Position numbers and translations under genes: made by a program. Positions 50,716 through 61,334 of a stretch of DNA of 64,000 bases are shown here, piece by piece. Within the stretch, counting starts at the first letter, position 1; every line of letters starts with the position of its first letter. This DNA comes from a plasmid. The DNA is taken from the sequence record NZ_CP128202.1; one strand, 5' to 3'. The notes under the pieces are model-generated. The model ran no database searches. It was not told the origin of the DNA and worked only from the letters and a program-made list of their open reading frames with translations.

Positions 50716-51612
50716 TCATTCATATTTCAAGGTCTTAACCGTTTCTTTTGAGCAGGCGGAGAAGTGACGGGAAAGATCACTGCGGATACGGTCTGAGGCG
50801 TAATACATAGTGTATCGATACTCCAGCCCCGGGCTGAAAGGACGGGTCACTACGTTATCTTTTGGCCACAGATGGGCGTTGAAAGGATCCAGCAAAGCAA
50901 GACAAAGCCCGTTGGCAACCAGACCGTATCCGGACAGCGATCGCTGAGTCGCGAACTGGAAGCGGACATCGATGTTGTGTTCCTCGAGCATGGCTTTATG
51001 CCGGTTCCATTCTATGCCGTCTTCATCGACCAGTTTTAGCAGGTTTTCTCCGTTCAGATCCTGAGGGTTAATCACCTCTTTCTCCGCAAGCCGATGGCCT
51101 GCCGGCATCACACATACCCAGTTCACAGTGATCAGCGGCTCATCAATAAAGCCAAAATCGTAGCTGACATGGTTGGTAATAATCAGATCGTATTTGGCGT
51201 GACGCAATCCCTGCATTAGCTGGTTGACGCTGTCAGAGAGCAGGCTTACCTGAACATCCGGATACGAAGTTACAAAGTCTTTGATGATGCGCGGTACCAC
51301 CCAGGTAGCCAGAGCGGGCGTAGCCCCGATCGATAAACGGCCGCGTGAGGAATGACGAAGATTTTCCGCCACACTTTCCAGGTGCTTAATGCCGTGAAAG
51401 ATGTTTTTCACCTCATCGTAAAACGCCATCGCTTCCGCAGTCGGGTGCATCCGGCCCTTTTCCTTACGGAATAATTCAAACTCGACGCCTTCCTGCAAAT
51501 CCTTGATGAGCCGGCTGACAGAAGGCTGGGAAATACGCAGCTCTTCGGCTGCCCGGGAAAATGACCCGGTCTGAATGACCGAGAGAAAAGCCTGAAGCTG
51601 TTTATATTGCAT
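50716..51612 (-). CDS. LysR-family transcriptional regulator
   Basis: 298 aa. N-terminal HTH (FSRAAEELRISQPSVSRLIKDLQ). LysR substrate-binding domain. Confidence 0.9.
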   Translation of the reverse strand: MQYKQLQAFLSVIQTGSFSRAAEELRISQPSVSRLIKDLQEGVEFELFRKEKGRMHPTAEAMAFYDEVKNIFHGIKHLESVAENLRHSSRGRLSIGATPALATWVVPRIIKDFVTSYPDVQVSLLSDSVNQLMQGLRHAKYDLIITNHVSYDFGFIDEPLITVNWVCVMPAGHRLAEKEVINPQDLNGENLLKLVDEDGIEWNRHKAMLEEHNIDVRFQFATQRSLSGYGLVANGLCLALLDPFNAHLWPKDNVVTRPFSPGLEYRYTMYYASDRIRSDLSRHFSACSKETVKTLKYE

Positions 51613-51762
51613 GAGTAATACCTATAGCATTTTCAAATAATACTATACAAAAATGGCCATTGAATAAATAAGGTATGTGTGGAACATTGCCCGTACACCG
51701 GATGAATTATTTCCCGGAAAGCAAAACGGATTTACTTGGACATACAGAAACGGAGAACTGTC

Positions 51763-53217
51763 ATGAGTACGATGAGCCAGGAGCAGAGCCGCTCCCGGGA
51801 AACTGAGATGCCGAGCCGTTGGTATCAGCGCTTCCCTGATCCTATGGTACTGATTTTTTATATTCTGCTGGTTGCCAGTGCGCTGACCTGGCTGGTACCT
51901 AAAGGTGCCTACGATACCGAAAGCGTCGACGGACGCCAGCGGGTTATCGCCGGTTCCTTTCATTACTTAACTGAGAGTGACGCACCGGCCGGTGTGTTTA
52001 GCGTCATCAATAAGCTGTTCGATATTTTTGTCGCCATCCCGCAGGGGCTGGTTCAGTCGGCGCAATACCTGTTTATTGTGTTCATTGCCGGAGGACTGTT
52101 TAACATTCTTTACCGCACCCACGCACTGGAAAACTTCGTCGGTTCTTCTGTTAAGCGTATCGGTCTGGAACGCGGTAATCTGCTGATCTGGTTATCCACT
52201 TACCTTTATGGTGTATTCGGGATTGCAGTGGGTTTTGAAAACAATATTGCGCTGGTACCGGTCGCGCTGCTGGTTTCGAGTGCCCTGGGTTATAAGAACC
52301 TGGTTGGGGCCTGCATTGCGATCGGGGGGATTGGAATTGGTTTCGCTCTGTCACCGATTAACCCTTACACCGTCGGTGTGGCGCAGAATATTGCCGGGCT
52401 GCCGATTTTCTCAGGCGCTCTGGTCCGTTGTATTTTAACCTTTGTCTGTCTGTCGATGCTTGCCTGGTACATCACTGCGGTTGTCGCTCCCAAAGCGCGC
52501 AGGGAAGATACCGGACAGGACGGGTTATCTTCTGAACTCAGCAGCTACAGCATGAGCATGCAGGACAAAGCCGTCATTCTGATTTTTCTGGCCGGTATTG
52601 TGGTTATTGCCGGATGTTCCTATCTGGCGGGTACTGGCGCGCTGGGCCGCAGCTGGTACATTAAAGAAATCACGGCGGTATTCCTGCTGATCTCTATTGC
52701 GATTGCCGCTACCTGCCGTATCGGTGCCAATCAATACGTGAAATACATGATTGAAGGGGCATCCGGCGTGACTGGAGGAGCTCTGGTTATCGGTCTGGCA
52801 GCTTCGATTAAAGTGGTGCTGGAAGACGGCCAAATCATTTATACCATAGTGCACACCTTTAACCTGCTGATTGGCTACGTACCGGACGCGCTGACAGCGG
52901 TCACTATTAGTGTGATTCAGGGGTTCATTAACCTGTTTATTCCGAGTGGTTCAGGACAGGCTCTGGTGACCATGCCTATTCTGATCCCGCTGGCAGACCT
53001 GATTGGTATCAGCCATCAGGTGATGATTTTGGCGTTTCAGGTCGGTGACGGCATCACTAACCTGATCATCCCGACCTCAGGCGGTACGCTGGCCATGCTG
53101 GCTCTGGCCAAGGTGAGCTTTTCCAATTGGGTGAAAACCATCTTCCCGGTCATTGTCATGGCATATGTCTTAAGCTGGGTATGTCTGGTAATAGCCCAGT
53201 ACACCAACTGGTCATAA
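51763..53217 (+). CDS. YfcC-family transporter (putative amino-acid/carboxylate carrier)
   Basis: About 484 aa, more than 10 TM segments. Divergently transcribed from the LysR gene. YfcC/DUF1063-like topology and Gly-rich re-entrant segments. Confidence 0.7.
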   Translation: MSTMSQEQSRSRETEMPSRWYQRFPDPMVLIFYILLVASALTWLVPKGAYDTESVDGRQRVIAGSFHYLTESDAPAGVFSVINKLFDIFVAIPQGLVQSAQYLFIVFIAGGLFNILYRTHALENFVGSSVKRIGLERGNLLIWLSTYLYGVFGIAVGFENNIALVPVALLVSSALGYKNLVGACIAIGGIGIGFALSPINPYTVGVAQNIAGLPIFSGALVRCILTFVCLSMLAWYITAVVAPKARREDTGQDGLSSELSSYSMSMQDKAVILIFLAGIVVIAGCSYLAGTGALGRSWYIKEITAVFLLISIAIAATCRIGANQYVKYMIEGASGVTGGALVIGLAASIKVVLEDGQIIYTIVHTFNLLIGYVPDALTAVTISVIQGFINLFIPSGSGQALVTMPILIPLADLIGISHQVMILAFQVGDGITNLIIPTSGGTLAMLALAKVSFSNWVKTIFPVIVMAYVLSWVCLVIAQYTNWS

Positions 53218-53266
53218 ACAAGAGACCGCAGCGTGGCTGGCACCGCGCTGCTGTATGGAGATGTAA

Positions 53267-54172
53267 GTGAATACAGTGAAAAATATCGCGTTGATCGGCG
53301 GCACCCACGGTAATGAGTTATCCGGGATTTATCTGGTGAAAAAGTGGCAGCAGAACCGGACACTGACGCAGTGGCCTGAGCTCAGCATCACTACCAAAAT
53401 TTCAAATCCGAGAGCCTGTGAGAACAGTGTGCGTTATATGGAATCGGATCTGAACCGGGAATTCTGTCAGGCTGATCTGGACGATAACAGTAAGGTCGGT
53501 TACGAGCAGTTGCTGGCAAAAAAGCTTAACGCTGAACTGGGGCCAAAAGGTGCGTCACCGTTTGATTTCATTATCGATCTGCACAACACCACCTCTAACA
53601 TGGGAGCGTGTCTGATGCTGTTGAAAAAAGATGATTTCAACTTAAAGCTGGGCGCGTATGTTAAAAGCCGCATGCCGGAATCGAACATCTACTTCCAGGA
53701 CAATATCCCGGAGAACAAACGCAGCTTTCTGATCACCATCGCAGAGCAGGGGGTGACGGTCGAAGTCGGCGCACAGCCAAATTCAGTGTTGCAGCATAAA
53801 ACGCTGGAGCTGATGGAAACCATGACCGCGCACATCCTGAACTTTTGTGAGCAGTATAATCAGGGCTCTGAACTGGACCTGCCGGACGGTTATGAGGCCT
53901 TCCAGTACTGCGGAGACCTGAAGCTGCCGATGACCGAAAACGGTGAACGAAACGGAATGGTGCTGAAATCGATTGATCAGCGTGACTTCTCTCCGGTTGA
54001 ACCGGGGCAGGCGATCATGGAGACCTTCGATGGCCAACTAATTTACTGGGAAGGCGATTATACTGCTTATCCGTTGTTCATCAATGAAGCGGCATATCGA
54101 AAAAGCAGCAACGCGATGAGCCTGTCAAAGAAAATCACGATAAGCGGGTATCAGGCCTGTCTTACTGAGTAA
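53267..54172 (+). CDS. succinylglutamate desuccinylase/aspartoacylase-family (AstE/AspA, M14-like) zinc hydrolase
   Basis: 301 aa. N-terminal IALIGGTHGNELSG zinc-ligand motif and a later His/Glu pattern typical of the AstE/AspA family. Confidence 0.75.
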   Translation: MNTVKNIALIGGTHGNELSGIYLVKKWQQNRTLTQWPELSITTKISNPRACENSVRYMESDLNREFCQADLDDNSKVGYEQLLAKKLNAELGPKGASPFDFIIDLHNTTSNMGACLMLLKKDDFNLKLGAYVKSRMPESNIYFQDNIPENKRSFLITIAEQGVTVEVGAQPNSVLQHKTLELMETMTAHILNFCEQYNQGSELDLPDGYEAFQYCGDLKLPMTENGERNGMVLKSIDQRDFSPVEPGQAIMETFDGQLIYWEGDYTAYPLFINEAAYRKSSNAMSLSKKITISGYQACLTE

Positions 54173-54308
54173 AATTTTCACGAATGAAAAACGTCTGAAG
54201 CCGTGTTATTACTTGGTTCTTCAGGCTTTTTTTGTTTGTGGTTGCGCTGATGTTTAGGAACAATAAAGTTTGTACACTAAATCAATTTTGGAATAATAAA
54301 GTTTGTAC

Positions 54309-55362
54309 GGCTTTGTTGCGTAATTCGATGGAACTAAATCAAGAAACTATGATCTGAGCGGCTACGCCCATCAATCGTCGTAGCCTCATGCCTAAACCTC
54401 GTTACAAAACAACTAACTGGAAGCAGTACAATAAATCCTTAATCAACCGTGGTTCTCTGGCCTTTTGGATTGATGAGGAAGCGATAGCTGAGTGGAAGCA
54501 AAACAAACAAGGCAAGCGTGGTAGACCTCGCCGATTCAGCGACTTAGCCATTACTACCGCACTGATGGTGAAACGCGTTTTCTCTATGCCCTTGAGAGCG
54601 CTGCAAGGTTTTCTAGACTCCGTATTTAAGCTGGCTAACATCCCGCTTGTTTGCCCGCACTACACCTGTATAAGCCGCCGAGCTAAGGAAGTTGAAGTTT
54701 CATTTAAAACCAAAACCAGAGGAGCAATACAACATCTGGCCATTGATGCCACTGGCCTCAAGGTTTATGGCGAAGGTGAATGGAAGGTCAAGAAGCATGG
54801 AACTGATGGGAAGCGAAGAGTCTGGCGTAAGCTGCATATCGCGGTAGATACAAGCACCCACGAAATAGTCGCAGCAGAGCTGAGCTTATCTAACGTAACT
54901 GATGCCGAAGTGCTCCCCAACTTACTCAAGCAAACACGTCGTAAAATCATTGAGATATCAGGCGATGGCGCTTATGACACAAGGAATTGCCATGATGCCA
55001 TACGGATCAAGCGAGCTGTTCCGCTCATCCCGCCAAGAGAAGGAGCAGCCTTCTGGGAACAAGGGCATCCTCGTAACTTAGCGGTAGGTTGCCAGAAGCT
55101 CTATGGCTCCAACAAGAAGTGGAAAAAGCGGTATGGCTATCATAAGCGCTCTCTATCAGAGACCGCAATGTACCGAGTAAAACAGCTGCTAGGTGGGAAA
55201 TTAAGCCTGAGGAACTACAACGCTCAGGTTGGCGAGACTTACGCCATGATCAAAGCACTGAACAAACTTACAGGGCTTGGTATGCCTGAAACTCAGTATA
55301 TTGTATAAAAGTCGCTCAACTTTAGGAGGTTTGGTTTCTCGTCTGAATTACGCAACAAAGCC
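54309..55362 (+). mobile_element. IS5-family (IS903-group) insertion sequence, copy C
   Basis: 1054 bp. IRs ggctttgttgcgtaattc and gaattacgcaacaaagcc. Same orientation as copy B. Confidence 0.9.
54388..55308 (+). CDS. IS5-family transposase (306 aa)
   Basis: Differs from the copy B protein at only 2-3 residues. Confidence 0.95.
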   Translation: MPKPRYKTTNWKQYNKSLINRGSLAFWIDEEAIAEWKQNKQGKRGRPRRFSDLAITTALMVKRVFSMPLRALQGFLDSVFKLANIPLVCPHYTCISRRAKEVEVSFKTKTRGAIQHLAIDATGLKVYGEGEWKVKKHGTDGKRRVWRKLHIAVDTSTHEIVAAELSLSNVTDAEVLPNLLKQTRRKIIEISGDGAYDTRNCHDAIRIKRAVPLIPPREGAAFWEQGHPRNLAVGCQKLYGSNKKWKKRYGYHKRSLSETAMYRVKQLLGGKLSLRNYNAQVGETYAMIKALNKLTGLGMPETQYIV

Positions 55363-55612
55363 GATTATTGATGCTAATGGCCCTAAGGGCATGGATAAAT
55401 TCAAAGGACAGCTGGCTCATAATATGTTGTCTATTCAGAAATATTTACCTGAATCGTCACGGTTTGAAGTTGTCGATAAAGGATTGTTTCTGACATTGCC
55501 ATTAACTTGGGCCGAGGAAAACCATGACTTGAAAGATAACTTGGAAAATTTACTTTCCGTGTTAACGCCTCTTAAATTAGCTCAGAAATCAAGCTCCATT
55601 GATGCTGGTTAA
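55363..55612 (+). pseudogene. 3-prime remnant (about 83 codons) of a gene cut by IS5 copy C
   Basis: The reading frame starts exactly at the IS boundary with no start codon: IIDANGPKGMDKFKGQLAHNMLSIQKYLPE... Confidence 0.3.
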
Positions 55613-55633
55613 ATTTTGTGAATAAGCCGGGAA

Positions 55634-55652
55634 CCCCGGCTTAACTTCTGCT
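55634..55652. terminator. hairpin between the convergent remnant gene and parB
   Basis: aagccgggaaccccggctt. Followed by a (ttattgc)x3 tandem repeat. Confidence 0.45.
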
Positions 55653-55661
55653 GCTTATTGC

Positions 55662-56732
55662 TTATTGCTTATTCAGTACCGAATGAATAGCTTTATCCAA
55701 CTCATCCTGAACCTCTTTCGACAATCGTCCGAACTCGTAAGAAAAGTTACGGCCTTTTACCCGCTTACGGGCAAACATACCTTTGCTGTCGAAATGGGCC
55801 AGGGGAGTCACTTCGGCTTTGTCCTTATCTTGCTTTTCTTCTTCTATCTTGAGCTCAGCTTTGATGGCAGAAACAATAGCGTCTTTCTGATCCTGAAGGT
55901 CGTATTCAGCCTGAATATTGACAATATGCTTTTCGATTTTATTTACGAAGCCTGAAAGCTGCCTGTTGTCCTGGCAAACCTTCATCACCTTATCAAGTAA
56001 GGTATAGTCAGGATGGGAAAGGGCGTTTGCAACTGGGAATAACTGGACGAGCTTTTCATCAACGCTGGCCGCCTTGATTGCTTTACTTACACCGGCCTGG
56101 CTAAGACCAACTTGTTTTGCAATTTCAGCCTGAGTGAGTTCTTCATTCGAAGCTTTGATTGCTAAACATTGTTTGCCTATTTCCCGAAGGTTGTGCTCTT
56201 TGGCTGTCTGCAATTGTTTGGCTAATGCTTTTGCATCGGCAACCGAAATATCATCCTGAGTAACCAGAATACGGAACGACTCTACGCGACCTTCCTGCAG
56301 CAGGAACCAGGCGCGACGACGAGAGCCATCCAGCACATCAATTTTACCATCGACTTCGCGGCCAACTGCCGGGTAGAACTGTTGAAACTCGAGTGAATTT
56401 AAATCTGAAAGTGACTCTGGCGTCAATAATGACTGGTCCCGGCCGTTTACATCAAAAGTAACGACGGTTTCATCACGAACCTGTTCATGTGACAATGTCA
56501 CTTCATTAAAGGTTGCCGTATTGCCAGATGAAAGCTGCCAGACCATGCTCTGGCCAACTGAATCGATACCAAATTGCTCTTTAAGGAATGCCGCCGCGTT
56601 TTCACCGGCTTTCTCTATTTCAGTAGTCAGTTGCTGAGTTAAATTAGTCAGGTTTGCTTTTGCTGCCGATTGTTGTGCTTCTGCAGATCCAGGAGCATTA
56701 CCCAAAGGGCTGCCACCACGTTTTTTGGCCAT
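55662..56732 (-). CDS. parB: ParB-family partition protein
   Basis: 356 aa. ParB N-terminal domain plus an HTH (LTQAEIAKQVGLSQAGVSKAIK). Its start overlaps the stop of parA. Confidence 0.8.
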   Translation of the reverse strand: MAKKRGGSPLGNAPGSAEAQQSAAKANLTNLTQQLTTEIEKAGENAAAFLKEQFGIDSVGQSMVWQLSSGNTATFNEVTLSHEQVRDETVVTFDVNGRDQSLLTPESLSDLNSLEFQQFYPAVGREVDGKIDVLDGSRRRAWFLLQEGRVESFRILVTQDDISVADAKALAKQLQTAKEHNLREIGKQCLAIKASNEELTQAEIAKQVGLSQAGVSKAIKAASVDEKLVQLFPVANALSHPDYTLLDKVMKVCQDNRQLSGFVNKIEKHIVNIQAEYDLQDQKDAIVSAIKAELKIEEEKQDKDKAEVTPLAHFDSKGMFARKRVKGRNFSYEFGRLSKEVQDELDKAIHSVLNKQ

Positions 56733-57931
56733 TATGCTTGCTCCTGTTCACGCCAGATATTAAGGATGTCACGCTGAATTTGGCTTATGACTTCATAACC
56801 ATTTTGCTGCGCGGTCTGGAAAGTTGATTTGCTCTTAGGGTATTCACTCTTTGACATATCGAAAACGGTCGAGAGCAGGGAGGAGGCTTGTCTAATCGCT
56901 TCGCTGTGTTTGAATTCTTTCGAATACAGATACGGACCAAAGTGATCATAAAGGCTGTTCATCAGCTCGGTAGTTGTTGAGCTATCACGATGGTTAGTCA
57001 GCAATATTTTCATGAAGTCATAACCTTCGTGATTCGCATTGGCCAGCAACGCCCAGACCTGAGGAATGTAACTAAAATATGAGCATGTTGCATCGATATC
57101 GTTTTCAGTAATTGATAACGGGAACACCACACTGGTTGCTGCAAAGTACGCGTTGTACGTTGCGTAACCTAAAGAAGGTGGCGTATCGATGATGATGATG
57201 TCGAACTCCTCTTTCACGGCATCAATGATATCGTCCAGAATAGAGTAAGGGGAGGGCAGTTTGTGGCTGAACACTTGTTCATGAAACCACCCTTCGATCG
57301 CCCGGTCACTCTGTGCCGCAGGCAGGATACGCAAATTTGGAATAGTGGTTTCAAGGAATGCCTCGGATACCGCCTGTTCAAATGTCTCGCCTTCATCCAA
57401 ATCAAAATTACGCATAATAAGGTCACCAACAGAAAGGCTTCCTTCCTGATCGGCTTCTGGTGCGTAGTACATGGATAATGTTGCCTGACCATCCATATCA
57501 ATTAAACCAACACGATATTCCTGATGGAACTCGGTTGCCAAACCTGATGCAACAGTTGCGGCAGATACGGTCTTACCAACACCACCTTTCTGGTTCTGGA
57601 TCACTATGACTTGAGCTGACTGCTTTTCACTACGACTGAATTTTGGCTCTTTACGTAAAGTCTCAGGTAATAAATCACGTACGCGATACATTTCTTCGAT
57701 ATCAATAGACCATTGCGAGTCTTCATGACGACGAGGGTCAATCTCTGCAGCTGTTACGTACTTATCTAAGGTTTTGGCATCAATGCCCAGATAGGCTGAA
57801 GCCTCTGCGCGAGTGAAATTACGCAGTTCTTTACGGTGATTAGCAAGCAAACGTAAGTTACGTCGTTTGATGTAGGCATCTGCACCTTGCTTAAGTGACT
57901 GAAATATTGTGGTGGTCTGCTGGGAATCCAT
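56732..57931 (-). CDS. parA: type Ia ParA partition ATPase (SopA/P1-ParA-like, N-terminal HTH)
   Basis: Deviant Walker A KGGVGKT. N-terminal extension of about 100 aa with HTH. Likely start MDSQQ at 57931 with an AAGGAGG RBS. The supplied ORF extends to 57991. Confidence 0.9.
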   Translation of the reverse strand: MDSQQTTTIFQSLKQGADAYIKRRNLRLLANHRKELRNFTRAEASAYLGIDAKTLDKYVTAAEIDPRRHEDSQWSIDIEEMYRVRDLLPETLRKEPKFSRSEKQSAQVIVIQNQKGGVGKTVSAATVASGLATEFHQEYRVGLIDMDGQATLSMYYAPEADQEGSLSVGDLIMRNFDLDEGETFEQAVSEAFLETTIPNLRILPAAQSDRAIEGWFHEQVFSHKLPSPYSILDDIIDAVKEEFDIIIIDTPPSLGYATYNAYFAATSVVFPLSITENDIDATCSYFSYIPQVWALLANANHEGYDFMKILLTNHRDSSTTTELMNSLYDHFGPYLYSKEFKHSEAIRQASSLLSTVFDMSKSEYPKSKSTFQTAQQNGYEVISQIQRDILNIWREQEQA

Positions 57932-57964
57932 TTCTGCCTCCTTATAGGAATTAGAAACAGTATA

Positions 57965-58002
57965 TCCCTTATTTTTTGATGTGTGTATCAAAAAATAAGG
58001 GA
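57965..58002. promoter_or_regulatory. palindromic operator upstream of parA
   Basis: tcccttattttttgat-gtgtgt-atcaaaaaataaggga. Perfect 16-bp arms with a 6-bp spacer, 34 bp upstream of the parA start. Confidence 0.55.
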
Positions 58003-58243
58003 GTGGTGTGAACTGCTATTAGTTTTTGCACAAATTTAATACTAATTAATGTAAGTCGCACCGGGGATGTATGCGCTATTTCTTGCGAGCCTCGATTTTA
58101 GGGGGGCGTCCAAGTTCCTCATTGGGCTCAATACACTCATCTTCGAGCCAATCCAAGCAAATATGGGGGTAATGACCAAACCCCCGATTTGTTCTCTTGA
58201 AATCATTTATGGGGTCTGAAGCCCAATGGGACGAAAACGTACG

Positions 58244-61200
58244 CTAAGCAAAATCTTCCTGTTCTGACGGCTGTTTAAGCGGTCTTAACTCACCATTTAA
58301 AACCTGTTCGGTCAATGTAAATGAGTAATGCCCCAACATATTCACATGTTTATGGCTGAGTGGTGATAGTCTTGCAATGTCTTCATCGTTTAGTGTTTCA
58401 CCTTGTCGTTCTACGTGCTCTAATGCAGCTTGCATATAGATGGTATTCCACAGCACAACGGCATTAGTGACTAAGCCAAGCGAACCCAATTGATCTTCTT
58501 GCCCTTCTCGGTAACGTTTGCGGATTTCACCGCGTTGACCGTGACAAATGGCTCTGGCAACGGCATGACGACTTTCGCCTCGGTTTAATTGGGTTAGTAT
58601 TCTGCGTCGATAGTCTTCATCATCGATGTAATTCAGTAAATATAATGTCTTATTGATACGACCAGCTTCGATAATGGCCTGAGCAAGACTCGATGGTCGG
58701 TCACTTTTGAGCAACGACCGAATCAGTTCTGATGCCTGCACTTTTCCCAGTTTAAGAGAGCCTGCTATACGCATCATGTCATCCCAGTGAAGCTCTATTT
58801 TTTGTGGATTTACGCAGTTTCGTGCTAGCTCATCGAGTACACCGTAATCCGCTTCTTTATCTACGCGCCAAAATACCGATTCGCCTGCATCGGCTAACCT
58901 TGGCGAGAACTGATATCCCAATAACCAGAATAAGCCGAAGACCATGTCACTGGCTCCTGCTGTATCTGTCATGATTTCAGTAGGGTTTAATCCGGTTTGC
59001 TGTTCCAATAACCCTTCGAGTACGAATATGGAATCTCGTAGTGTTCCTGGTATAACTATTCCGTGAAATCCAGAAAACTGATCGGAGACGAAGTTATACC
59101 ATGTGATACCACGGCTGGAGCCAAAGTATTTTCGGTTCGCACCTGAATTGACGGTTCTTATTGGTGTGATAAATCGCATCCCATCAGCAGATGGCAACTT
59201 CACCTCCGCCCCAATGCTTAGCTAGTGCAAGAGTAGACTGAAAATCGACCAGTTTCGCGTTGGCTTTTACTAACGTTTCAGCACGTAAATAATTTTGTTT
59301 AACCCAACTGAGTCGGTGTCTGGTTAAAGCAGGGATATGAGACTTTATCAGTGGCTCAAGGCCGATATTGCAAGCTTCGGACAGTAACACGGCGCAGATA
59401 CTTACCGTTAAATCATTGGCACGTGCGTTAGATTCGCTAATATGAGTGAATTCATCGGCAAAGCCAGTATGAGCATTGACTTCAAGTAGTAGTTCTGTGA
59501 GGTCTACGGCAGGAAGTAACGCCTCAACTTGTTTGGATAATCCCTGTAAGCTCGGAGGGTTATCTAGTCTATCAATATTTGTGATGGTCAGAGCTGGTCG
59601 TTTCCCCGAGATATCAATATCCACCGAACCATTATCGTCAAAATTTGCGGCAACCTGATGATAGGTTGTATCCAGTTGCCTGACTAACGCATCGATGGCT
59701 TCTTTTGCGTTTAGCGGATGTCCCAGTGATCGACAGACCTGAATTCGGTTGGACTGCCACTCTTGCCCCTGCAAAAGTTTGGCTCTCGGATCGCCCCAGC
59801 GATCGCTGTTTTCGACATAGATATCTCGTCGGCGCAAGCTATCCTGTAATTTATCCAAAAAACACAGTGTGTAGCCTCGTTTAGTCACCCGACCACCTTT
59901 ATCTAATACCAATCGCTTCCATGGATTAGATACGATATCCACTGGCGCATCATCAAGAATTTGTTTTTTTGAGTCGAGTAGTTGCGCTAAGTACTGGTGA
60001 ACTTCAAGCGTTTTGTCTCCCGCAGGAGCGGCGGAAAATTCGATATCACGGAGCAGTTTTGGTAGAAAACGCCGAACTCGCTCGTACTGTTCAACCATCT
60101 CTTCATGAAAATTGTCATCATAAGGTCGGGCTAACTCGTGTACGGTAGAAATAGATTGCGCTAGCTTTTCCCGTGAAAATTTAGCAAAGATTGACGGACG
60201 TAGCGACTCATCATCTAAGTTGTCGTCTAGCAGCAGAGTACAAACTTTAGCTAAAGCCAGTGCAGATTTATCCAAATCTTTTAGAGTACGAAGACGCTTT
60301 TTCTGTCCTAATTTCTTCGCTTCGCCAGCGATATTTGTAATCAAAAGATCCAGTACATCCAACGCTTCATCTAATGCAATAATTTCATAGGCTTTCACAA
60401 AAGCCACGAGTATCGCAGTACGCTTAGTCTCCGGCATACGGCCTATTTTGTATGCCGAGATCATTCCAGCATGACGGGCAATATGTTTAAACCGGACGGG
60501 AGGAATACCAGTAAAATCCAGTTCAGTTATTCCATAGGTTTGAAGTGCTTTGTAACGTTCAATAGCCTCATTAAATGCAGGGCCACTGACATTGACCGGC
60601 CCCTTACGAAAACGGTCGAAGTGTGTTGTTCTGGCTGCTTCAGGAATTTGTAGTAAGGAATCCAACCTAGCTTGCTGATCCGAATTTGGGAGACTGGATA
60701 GTTGCTGCCACAATCGGTTTTCTGCTCGGTCTCTGATTTGTGAAATTAAACGGGTTAAAGTTGATGCGCCTGGTAAAAGGATTTTATGTTGGATCAGCCA
60801 TCCGGTCGCTAAATCAAACAGTAAACTCGGGCGTTCATTACTGATCCAACTCCGGCTATAGAGAAGGCGGGATAACAGGAATGACCACGGCCAAACAAAC
60901 TCACGATAACCATACTGATTGCGGATCAGAGCGGTATGCTCGCGGCGTGTGGTTTCGCGCTGAGAATAGTCAGACAAAATACCAATATTGGTTATATTCA
61001 GTTGCCTTGCGACAAACCATTGGGTATTCGTTGGGATTTGATTTAAATCGATCAAGAAAGTACCAAGAAAGCGAACACAACCTAATTGCAGCGCAACTCC
61101 AAATCGATTGTGTTCACCACGTCTTTGTGTAATAAAAGCTAAGTCAGCCTCGTCCAAATGGAAGTACCGCGCCAATTGAACATCATTCGGCTCCCCATTA

Positions 61201-61261
61201 AATTGCCCGTAACTATTTTTTTGTTCAGTGGTTAAAAAAATCTACGGGCATAGCCAAAACC
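58244..61261 (-). pseudogene. tnpA: Tn3-family transposase TnpA with two single-base frameshifts
   Basis: Collinear with, and highly similar to, Tn3 TnpA over its whole length (MPVDF-LTTEQ... to ...HINMLGHYSF). Frameshift 1 is an extra T in a T7 run at about 61237 (MPVDFFNH* should read MPVDFLTTEQ). Frameshift 2 is an extra A at about 59195 (EVAIC* should read EVASADGMRF). The ORF ends inside the IR as in Tn3. Confidence 0.9.
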
Positions 61262-61334
61262 TCTTATTGGTTACACAAACTCAAATCAGTGACGTATTGT
61301 TTTCCCATTTCCGGCATGTAAGCCATGAGGAATT

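Noticed and set aside
41805-55371. 9-bp target-site duplications flanking IS5 copies B and C
   Set aside because: The flanking 9-mers (caattgaaa and tttaataat; agtttgtac and gattattga) do not match. So these copies are not simple insertions, or the junctions were rearranged.
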